Shown here piece by piece: positions 50,800 to 61,700 of a DNA stretch of 64,000 nucleotides. The stretch lies in the NCBI GenBank assembly GCA_002269645.1, contig NIVC01000903.1, positions 334,459 through 398,458 of the forward strand. Reading direction: 5' to 3'. Every line of letters starts with the position of its first letter. Within the stretch, counting starts at the first letter, position 1. The notes beneath the pieces are model-generated. The model made no database searches and was not told the origin of the DNA. It saw only the letters and a list, made by a program, of their open reading frames with translations. Origin of the DNA: Macrostomum lignano. Lineage: Eukaryota. A program made the translations under genes and the position numbers.

Positions 50800-52194
50800 G
50801 GCAGTTGTTATTTGTCTGGTGACCGGACGAATAGCGACATGGTTATTCGTCCGGTTACTGGACAAATAACCATTTCACTATTTGTCCGGTTATTTTACCG
50901 GACAAATAGCCATTTTGTTATTCGTCCGGTTATATATATATTACTAGTACTATCTACTTGTTGTAGGGAATATGTCTGGTTTTTAATGGCTTCTTTACTC
51001 ATATCTTGATCAATATATTGTTATACTAGTGTATGACTACACACGCGATTAGTTTCACTTAAAATTTAGCTTGCAGGCACGTTTGTCTTTGCACGACTGT
51101 TGAAACTGCTCAATGCTTATCTAGCATTTAGATTAGATAGTAATATCTATCTCAAAGGTATATGCATATCTCATCTATATTGCATACTGTATCGATGCAG
51201 ATGCCACGATAGTACTCTAATGGCGGTAGCTTTATGGTGTATCGTAGAAAACCAATTGGTATATTAATGATAAGTGCAACGTGCAGAATAATTGATCGAA
51301 AAGGGTAGGCACATGCGCATGTACCATGTGCATGTTGGAACGAGGAGGGAATGTAAGAGATTACAGATTACATGTGATGTACATGTACAGTCTGAACGTA
51401 TTTTAATGCTCGACTGGTCGGTTTTTTTATATTCCTAGTTGGCTCCTTTATAGTTACGATTTAGCAATTCATTGGAACAAAGAAATGCAGAAATTTTATT
51501 ACTAAAACAGTCGCAGATTACAGACTGTTATTTACATATCTTATAATGCCTAATGGAAGCAAATATGCAGTATAGACTTGGCTTTATTAAAAAAAAGCTA
51601 TTGTCATGTGTCTGTGGTAATAAATTTAACCAAGTAACTACTTTTTGAGTGTTGAATAAAGCCAATTTAATATACCAATTGGTTTTCTACGATACACCAT
51701 AAAGCTACCGCCATTAGAGTACTATCGTGGCATCTGCATCGATACAGTATGCAATATAGATGAGATATGCATATACCTTTGAGATAGATATTACTATCTA
51801 ATCTAAATGCTAGATAAGCATTGAGCGGTTTCAACAGTCGTGCAAAGACAAACGTGCCTGCAAGCAAAATTTTAAGTGAAACTAATCGCGCGTGTAGTCA
51901 TACACTAGTATAACAATATATTAATCAAGATATGAGTAAAGAAGCCGTTAAAAACCAGACATATTCCCTACAACAAGTAGATAGTACTAGTAATATATAT
52001 ATAACCGGACGAATAACAAAATGGCTATTTGTCCGGTAAAATAACTGGACGAATAGTGAAATGGCTATTTGTCCGGACCGGTGTTGACTACCATAGCAAC
52101 AGTTGCCAGGAGCCAATGAAGAGCTACGTGTACGTTTAACCGGACAAATAACCGTGTCGCTATTCGTCCGGTCACCGGACAAATAACAACTGCC
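50800..52194. mobile_element. Non-autonomous MULE/foldback-type DNA transposon, ~470-bp TIRs, 9-bp TSD
   Basis: Arms 50800-~51268 and ~51666-52194 are reverse complements (GGCAG...CTGCC); AATCTTCTT flanks both ends (50791-50799, 52195-52203). Confidence 0.88.
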
Positions 52195-52324
52195 AATCTT
52201 CTTTGCTTAGCTTTTAATACAGTTTTGTGACTTATATTATAAATTTTAAGAATAGATTAGGCTAGGCGCTAGGCCTAGAATAGAATTTTTAATTAATTAC
52301 TAATATATAAAATATATATAGAAA

Positions 52325-54215
52325 AAAAGTGTTTATCCCCATGGCTATGGTCCTATGCTAATAATTCCAATTTTATATACATCCGTTTGATAATTTCCAG
52401 CTTATTCTCATGGCAGCTTATTGAAATAGCTGCCACCATTCAAGTCTATAAGCCATGTCAATAATTCTAATTTTATCTACATGGATCCATGTCAATAATT
52501 TTCAGCTTATTCTCATAGCGAAGATTATGCAATTGTTTGTGTTTAGTTTATGTACTGACATAAAATTTTGCTACTATATTAGTTTTTTATTGTAGCATAT
52601 ATTGAATAGCTTTAAATAATAATTATTATAATGTTATGTGATTTTCCATTGAAGTCATAGTATAACAATGTCATTTAACTATATTGCTAATTGCTCTATC
52701 CAAAATTAATATTGTCATTATTATTATAGTATTATTAGCATTATTATTACATATTAAAATTTGAATTTTGTAAGCCTTGTTTACCTTGATCTTAGGGTTG
52801 TTTAGTCATTCTAAGCAAAGCTAGTAGCTAAGCAAATATTTAAAATTAACATTTTTAATGATGGAAAGTGAGGTGGGGGTGGAGAAGAACTTTCTTGGAA
52901 ATGGTTGCCTTTTTTTAAATTTGCTGACACTAGTGAGGTGGGGCAGATTCCTTGTTTGAATTGCCGCCGGTGTTGAGTTTGCACGAATAAAACCAGAAAT
53001 TGCGCAGACGAATCACAACAAAATTTCTTCTCCTGTTTTACTCCGACAGCTGGGTTCTGAAGTCCGGGGGAGGGTAGTCGTAATCGTAGCGGAGCGGTCG
53101 TTAGTGGCACGGTCGTTCAAAGCAGAGAAACACCGGAGATTTCTGACTCCAAAAATTAATGCGTCAATTATCTGAACTCATTACTTTCAGTAGGGTAGTT
53201 GCTGCCACCACCATAATTTACGTATTACGGAATGAATAAGTCTCAGAGCCTTCTTTGAGATGAGAACTTTGGTTATTTTATGCCCCACGGGCAAATGACT
53301 CAAGAAGAAAAACTATGGCTTTGGATTAGTGAATAAATATAGTTAATTATTGGAATTTATTAAGTTTTAGTGAGCAGGCTAAATTATTAAATGTTACTAA
53401 AGACTCAACTCAGACAAAAATGGGGCCGAGGCCGAAAATAGAAGGTATTAACTGTCTTATGCTAGCAAACGGAGCACTGAATTAATGAATAAATCAATAA
53501 ATAGGGAAAACACTAAAAGCTGACCAACAATAAACAAAATGAGGGGAAGAGAGTGAGAGAAAAACAAAAAGAGGAAGAGGAGGGTTAAAAAATAGTCATG
53601 AAAAATTCATTGCATTATATACAGAGGAATACATGGATATGCTGCGGGGACTCAGGATGGACATGCACTGGGGAAAGAAAATACACGCAAGAAGACATAA
53701 TGCAAGGTGGCATGGAATACATAAGCATAACAAAATGGATAAGCAAATCCCGTTGCGTGTGAATATACGCATGAAACGGGTTATAGACAGATCCCACCAC
53801 AGAAGTGACGTCACCCCAAAAATTGGGAATCACCACATGCATCATGCAAAATGTTCAAATGCCAAATTCAAGTGTTATCCATGGCAACCCGCCTGCCACA
53901 AAAGTTTTAACAAAGTACTTAATACTATTCAGTATTCAGTAGTTTATTTAAAAGATTTGTAAAATAGTGAAAACAAAAAGATAAGATTCATTTTAAGGTT
54001 TTTTAGTCTAATAAGCTGCCATGAGGATAAGCTGAAAATTATCAATATTGACACGGATCCATGTGGATAAAATTTGAATTTTTGACATGGCCTATAGACT
54101 TGAATGGTGGCAGCTATTTCAATAAGCTGCTATGGGGATAAGCTAGAAATTATTGACATGGATCCATGTGGATAAAATTGGGATTAGCGACATAGGACTA
54201 TGTGGATAAGTACTT
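52325..54215. mobile_element. Putative long-TIR element: ~200-bp degenerate inverted repeats around a ~1.5-kb core
   Basis: 52325-52520 is the approximate reverse complement of 54005-54215 (GCAGCTTATTGAAATAGCTGCCACCATTCAAGTCTATA). No TSD was recognised. Confidence 0.6.
53804..53888. promoter_or_regulatory. CRE palindrome (GTGACGTCAC) plus RFX X-box-like GTTATCCATGGCAAC
   Basis: Motif matches only; no linked transcript is known. Confidence 0.3.
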
Positions 54216-56232
54216 CAATATAGAAATGTATAGTATTTAGACTGCATATAGTCTAAATTAATAAGTAAACTACCTTATTAATGAATAGTTTTAATAGTAA
54301 TAACTAAAATTATATATAATATAATTGATTGATGCAAAGCAACTAAAGTCTTCGAGCCATAGCAATAGCAATAATATCTTTGATTAAGATCTGTCGCAAG
54401 GGATGTTTCCTTCTTAATAATATCCCACTGCTGTTACCAAAAGCTGTCCCAGGGCTCTTATTTATTCTTTGTTTAGCCTTACTTGCTGCCACCAAAGTTA
54501 TTACAGGGCTAAACTTTCTGTCTTTCTACCTAATGTACTTTTACATAAGTGTACTATTATTACTGGTAGTGTCTACTTATATTAATTGGTAGCATGTACT
54601 TCTGTACTTTTATTAGTAGCTTATATACTTTTATTGTACTTTCTGGTCTGAGCTGTCTTTTAGGCACTGTCTATCCTATCCCTATACTCCTCTAAAGATA
54701 TTATTATCAGTCCTGGGCGTTCCCGGGATCAGAGGGTCACAGCACACTTTGCTGGGTATTCTGCCCTGAGGCAGGTTTCTCAGACTCTAAGCCTGGATTT
54801 TTCTACCCTGTGGTAGGAAGTCTGCCTTCTAAAGGTGGGTTACTAGACTCCTAAGTCTAGGATTTCTCATTCTCTGAGAATGGACTGAACTCCCAATCTT
54901 GGGGCAACTCCTATGTCACTATCCACTACTTGAAATAAGTAACACGAGTGATCACGAGCCCAAGGCTGATTTAAAGCTTGGTCAATGTTCGAAACAATGG
55001 TACAAGACCAACAAACAAGAAAAGGTTCACAAGGTTGTTTATTTTTGCTCCCAGCTGACTCTTATTTATAGTAAAATTTTCCTAGTATTTAAAACAAAGT
55101 ATTAATACATAGAATATTCAGAATATTTTGCATATAAGAAATATTTTTAATATTCGCATAGTATAACAACAGTAGTACGTTTTTGGAAATGCAACTTTTT
55201 CTAAGAAATTGTTATAAAACTGGAGGCCTATTATAGATCCTTAATTTCTTTTGTATATCTAGTGTTGGACATGCACTAAAATGCAGAAGCCGATGTAGAA
55301 GTAGATGTAGAATATTTAATCTAAATTGCATAGATAGCTATTAGATAAGCTCACAAGCAATGATTTATAACCCTAAAAATATTGAAAACCACACCTTTAT
55401 ATTTTTTGACTACAAGTATGGCAAAATCATATTACAAAAATCCTACAAGTATGAATTCTAAATGGTTCAAACCGTTGAAAATTAGAACAGCTAGACTATT
55501 GGCAAACTTTGAATTAAAAAAATGGAGAAGTTCAAAATAGATTCAAAGAAAAATTTAACTTGCTGTAACTGCGTAAATACTAACTAATGCAATTTTAATG
55601 GCTGAGCTGTAAAATGAAGAACTTACTATAAATACTACCCCTTGCAATTTGAATGCTGTAAAATAAAGGACTTCACCTATCAATCTGATGAATATGTAAT
55701 ATTTATATACGATAAAATGCTGACAGAAAAGAGATATTTGGCAAAAATGAACCAAACTAAAGCTTTAACCAGCTTTAAAATTTAGAACACAAGTCAATTT
55801 GGCTTCAAAGTGGTGTAGCAGCTAAGATAAAGAGAAAACATAGAACAGTTTCAATTGACCAGCATATAAAAGTACTTTGCTGAAAAATGCAGAAATTCTG
55901 CAACAGACAGGGGTCGTAGAACGAATCGCACAATGTTAAACAATTGGTGGTAAATAAGTAGCTTAAGAAAAAGCAAACAGTTTCAAGGTATCGTATTCAA
56001 AGCCATTAAAGCATAGTAGTATGCCAAACAAAGTGCTAATAAAATGACCATAGAAAATCAGCACAATAGTCTTAAAGCACACTGAATGCCCTAAATGTCA
56101 TCCCAGCAATTTGAATGTCTGAGCTGTAAAATGAAGGACTTGCTATAAATGCCAATACCAACCCTGCTATTTAGAATGCCTGCTGTAAAATGAAGAACAG
56201 AACCAACAATATCAAGGGCAATTCGTAGTCTT

Positions 56233-58421
56233 TCACTTTGACTGCCGACTGCCGCCGGCTGTTTCGGCCTGGCGTTTCTTCGCTGCAGCCGACTGTCGAC
56301 TCTTTGCTGGATTCGCTTGATCGGCGGCTGTTTCAGCGGGACGTTCCTTCGCTGCAGCCGCCTGTCGACTCTTCGTTGGGTTTGCTTTCGCTTGATCGAC
56401 GGCTGTTTCAGCCTTGCGTTTCTTTGCTGCAGCCGCCTGTCGAGTCTTCGCTGGGTTTGCTTTCGCTTGATCGACGGCTGTTTCAGCCTTGCGTTTCTTT
56501 GCTGCAGCCGCCTGTCGACTCTTCGCTGGGTTCGCTTTCGCTTGATCAACGGCTGTTTCAGCCTTGCGTTTCTTTGCTGCAGCCGCCTGTCGACTCTTCG
56601 CTGGATTCACTGTGTTTGACTTGTGAGATGCTGCCGCTGGACCTCGGACAAAAGCAAGGAATGCCCCCGGTCCAATGATGTCCGGTTGCTGCATGTTGGC
56701 CAGACCAGAAATGATGCCACCAATCGCAAATCGTGCAGCCATGCTCATTGACTTCATTGTAGCTTGGTACAACTGGCGTGCAACATTGGGTTTGTGGCAC
56801 AGTCGGATCGATACTGCCTTTTGTTGATTTTCATCTAGGTACATTGCGGAGTACGTTTCAATGAATTTCCGATAGGCTGTATTAGTCACATGCTCGATTT
56901 TCGAATTCTTTGCTCGCTCCCTTGTCCATACCCTCGCAAAGCCACCCGTGCCAAGTGGGAAGAGCCTGTCAGTTGGTGAGGCCGTCTTTGCTCTCTCTTG
57001 AATGTAATTCGCGAGAATTTCGGCAACGCTGTCGACCGCAACTCTACAGGCGCCATACATGTTGGACGTCTTGTGCTCTTTAACGAAAAATTCGCTCTTC
57101 TGATCAGTCAGCCACTCAAGGCCTTCCTTAATGGTTGCATTAGTCGGAATGTCCGGCCTACTGGCGTTGCCATTCGAGAAGCACATTGAAGTGGTGATGC
57201 CAACAATGACGTCGTTGGACAAAATGTTTGATTCTGCAGCTGATTCTGCTCTAGTAATTAAGGAATGCACATGCGAGTACAAACTTTCGACTTCTTCTGG
57301 CTTCAGTAATTCCTTATCGAGAACGTTCCGCAATCTGGCATCATTTGGCCGACGAACCTTAAGTCCATACGCCTTGGTTAGGCGCTTTAGACGCTCTTCG
57401 AACTCCAGAAGGTAGCATTTCAGGCCTAGATTCCGTAGTTCAACAAAACGGCGTGCTCGGAAAAACGAAACTAAATGCGTTAACGCGTTGATGTATGATT
57501 GATCGGCTGATTTATTTCGCTTCGAGTCCTCCTCAACGAACGCGCTAACTTTATCACGAAACTCTTCAGTCAAAATCGAAAGAAGGTCCGTCAGCCCACA
57601 AGCTTTAGCTAATCGAGACAGAGCATCAGTGTTCTTCCGAATCGACGATGCCTTAAGTCCGCCTCCTTCCCACTTTGGTAGCCACTTGGCCAAGTCTGAG
57701 AGCTCGACCTCCAGCAAAGTCGCCTCCTTTTTGGCATCAATGGACTTTTTAAGCGCATCAAATTTTTCCTGGGCTTTCTTGGCAGCAGCTTCTGCAGGCT
57801 TGTAGTAATGAAACCGCACACGATGGGCAGTCATTGAGCGCTTCTCAAACAGAACATCACAATCTGGGCACTTCACCTTTCTGGAAGAGTCATCTTCAAC
57901 CTCTTGCTGATTAAATACTTTGATCTCTGCAACCAGATTGTCTATATTCTTCGAGCCAAGAATATCTTTGTGGCTTTTGTGTAGATGTTGACGGATCCGG
58001 GAATGGAAAATTCCATGTTGTTGTCCCTCGGATTCCGATGGCTTCTTGAACGGGCAAATATAATTCACACCTCGCTGCTTCGATGAATTTTCCTTACCGG
58101 AAAAGGCTGCATTAGAAGAACCAGCATCAGCGGCATCGGCATCAAGATCAACAGCGGCATTGGCATCAAGATTGACAACGGCAACATGACAACCAGCGGC
58201 GAGAATGGCATTTAAGTCTTCCTCGGAAATAGGGACCAGATGGTAATTGCCGTCCTGAAGAGTTCCATTTAGATGTTCAGGCACAACGAACTCTTGCTGC
58301 TGCTGCTGCTCAGGTGGCAACGATGGTAGAGTTGGCGGGTTGCCAGAAACTGGGTCACTTGTCCTGCTGTCCGAGCCAACACTGGCAGGAGTTGCATTGT
58401 CCTTGGACATTTTCTTATCGC
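56233..58421 (-). CDS. Terminal exon of a C2H2-zinc-finger plus tyrosine-recombinase-like protein with C-terminal 25-aa basic repeats
   Basis: CPDC-x11-H-x4-H finger; integrase-like motifs in order ASRP, HKT, TAYRK, LCHK, ARQLY; repeats of NPAKSRQAAAAKKRKAETAVDQAKA (75-bp period); acceptor ATGCAG|GC at 58421. Confidence 0.7.
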
Positions 58422-58714
58422 CTGCATCGAGGTTAGGATGAAGGTAAGATAAAATGTAATGAACATGATAGTCAGTGACTGCTAGCTATGAAAATATTTT
58501 CTTAAATAATAAATTTACATTACAGGGTATGCTTATGAAGCAATAGGATAATATATAGGTAAAGTAACCTTCCATCAGCCATTTCTGCAATTTAACAGCC
58601 AACTGTGATTTGAAGTATCAGATCTGCAATTTAATGTCCCCTCCCTGCTGTGATTTGAGTCCTACTTAATCAGTCAACCTGCAAATATACTTTGAATTAC
58701 AAAAATGTATTTAC

Positions 58715-61700
58715 CTGGAGAAGCAGTCAATTGCTCTCTCTCTCTCTCTCTCTCTCTCTGCACCGCACGTCTCGATGTCAGCTGAGCTGCAAGAGACGGG
58801 GGCGCTAGATGCGCCCCAGCCTGCGAAGAAGGTTGATGGTGAGGCTCGCGTCAACCAGGAGTGCGTCTTGTTCGCCGGGGCGGGCCGCGAACCCACGTGG
58901 GCAGTCGAAAAGAATGTGCTGCTCGGTGTCGCGAGCTCCGCAGTCCGGGCACACGTCGGAGTCGGACAGGCCGAGTCGGAGTCTAGTGGCGGCGGCAAGG
59001 TTGCTGCAGCCGGCGCGGAGCTGGTTGACCAGGACCTCAAATTTCCTCGGCAAGGTTGGGAGTCTTGGCCATGGCGCCTTACGGCCCCAAAGCTCGAGGT
59101 CTAGATCACGTCTTTCCCGGCAGAGGTAAGCGCTGGCTGCCATGATGGGGACACCATGGTCGCTCTGATCTGCGGTCGCCAGTCTTGCCGCCCTATCTGC
59201 GCGTTCGTTCATGGGGATGCCGCAGTGAGCCGGTATCCAGGTGATGCGGATGGAGTGATCGCTACTCTGGTTCCAAATTTCGGAGACGATTCTGCTGTTG
59301 CTGCGCTGGCTCGCCATGATGTTGTAAATGGCCGCCTGGGAGTCAGTGAAGATGTCGATACATTGATGCTCTCTGGTATTCTGGATGGCAAGCAGTATGG
59401 CTTGAAGTTCCGCCTGGGTGCTGCTGCAGATGTTCCCTGCAGCGCTGGTGACGACCCGACCCCAGCATGGGGTGATGATCACCGCTGCGCTGGTGCCGTC
59501 TGATGTGCCGCCGGCGGCCGAGCCGTCAGTCCAAACGCTGACCGGGTGGGAGCCGCGCTCCTCGAGGTACCTCAGTGCAGTATCGCTGCGGAGGCTCTGG
59601 GGCTGGCTGCGGCTGCACTGCGTAGCCAAACTGAGGTCGAAGGTGATCGCTTCGTGGGCCGTCCACGGCGGCTGGAGCTGCGGAGCGGGCTCCCTGGTGG
59701 GGCCGTTGAGCAGCCCCTGTCTGTCGAGCTCTTGGCTAACGCGGCGCCAGCAACCACGGTGTTCTCGCTGGTAGTCGTGGAGGACGGTGACGATGTCCTT
59801 TGGGTCTCTCGGTGTTCTCTGGTGGCTCTCAAAGGCTCGATTCTTCAGTCGTGGTCGGGTGTCCATTTTGGCGACCTGAAGTGCTGGAGTGTCCTGCGGG
59901 AGACGTAGGATTCTTTCTCTGAGCGTCGCACTACATTGTAGCACCAGGTGGCTGAAGGGCGACAGGTTCGCCACCGCAAGCAGGTCCCGGATGTGAGTAA
60001 GTTGGAGGCACCCAGTGATGATCCGCGCACAGCTGTGCTGTTGGCGGTCGATCAGCAGCTTAGAGCTGGCTGCAGTGAAAGACCCCCAGACCCCGCACGC
60101 GTAGTCGGCAGCAGAGCGAACGGTGGCGATGTAAGCCATGCGGAGGATCTGACTGTCCGCACCGGCCGATCTGGTAGCGAGGGCAGTGAGAGGTCTTCTG
60201 CGGGCAGCCATCTTTTTACGGATCTTTGATGCATGGTGGCTGAAACTTAGGCTGTCGTCAAGAGTGAGTCCCAGGAAGGTCGGTGTTGGATCGAAGGCAA
60301 GCTTGTCGCCGTTGATCTGGAGGTTCACTCTCCGTTTGCCGTTGTTTTCATTTGCCGCTAGAGTGAAGGTGGAGTAGCAGCATTTCCCAGTGCTAATGGA
60401 GACTTTCCAATCTCGGCACCAGTCGGCCACTGCATCCAGGGCTGGTTGGAGTTCTCTGGCACAGATGTCGAGTGTGCGAGCGGTCGCCAGTAAGGCCGAG
60501 TCATCGGCGTAGAGACTGAGGCTAACCAAAGGGTTCGCCTCGGCGACTGCTTGGGCTAAATCGTTGACATAGATATTCCACAGCGTGGGCGCTAGCACAC
60601 TGCCCTGTGGCAGACCTTCGCGGAAGACTCTGTTGCGGCTCGTGGCGTTAACCCAGCGGACTGCGTTGTGACGGTCCAACAGGAAGCCGCGGATCCAGCG
60701 GATGATGCGCTTGGGGATGCCCATGCGGTGCATTTTGGCATACAGGGCCAGGCGCCAGACTCTGTCATACGCTCGGCAGAAGTCGAGGAGGCAGAGGATG
60801 CTGCGTAGCGCCGGTAGACTCTCGAGGCCGTCAAAGATGGCTTGGCAGACTCGCGCGAGCTGTTCCTCGGTGCTACGACCGCGACGAAAACCAGCTTGAG
60901 TGGGCGTGAGGCCGCCACGGCTCTCCAGATCATAATTAAGACGAGCCAGAACCATGCGCTCCGCGCACTTGGCGATGCAGCTGGTAAGTGCGACGGGGCG
61001 GTAGTTATCCGGTGATGCGGCGTCTTTCCCTTTTTTCTGGATCGGTATAATAGTGCCAATTCGCCAGCTGGTTGGTGTTTTGCCCTCCCGCCAGGTGCGG
61101 TTGATGAGGCTGAGTAAGGCTTTGTCAGCGGCCGGCGGGAGGCGTTTAAGCATCTCGTTGGAGACACCGTCGGTTCCCACAGCCTTCCCTGATTTGAGAC
61201 ATCGGATAGCGGCGCGGAGCTCGTCGATCTCGAAAGGGGCGTCCGGGCCGTCTGTTTGGGGGTCACCCATAGGCGTGGTGGCCTCGTTCGCTTCGTATCT
61301 GATGGCCGAGTCATTTTTCCGTCTGGGGACTCGGCTAACTTCGGCGTAGAGTTGGCAAAAGAGTTCGGCCTTCTCTTTGTTAGTGCGGGCGGTGCGCTCC
61401 GGCGAGTCTGGGGAGGCGGCCCTGACGATGGCAGCCGGGTCCGGAGTTTTAAAACCATCGCCTCTCAGTGCGCGGAGTAAGCCAAAAATGTCCGAGTCCT
61501 GGCTGAAATTTGCCGCTTTGTCGAACAGGAAGGCTTTTTTCTCCCTCCGGAGACAGCCTGAGGCGTTGTGGCGGGCTCTGTTTGCGGCAATAATATTTTC
61601 TGGTGTCGGTTCTTTTTCTGCGGATTGTCTCGCGGAACGTGTAGCTTTGGAGGCCTCTTCGCAGGCGTCGTTCCAGAACGGCAGGCGTCTCGTCTCTTTC

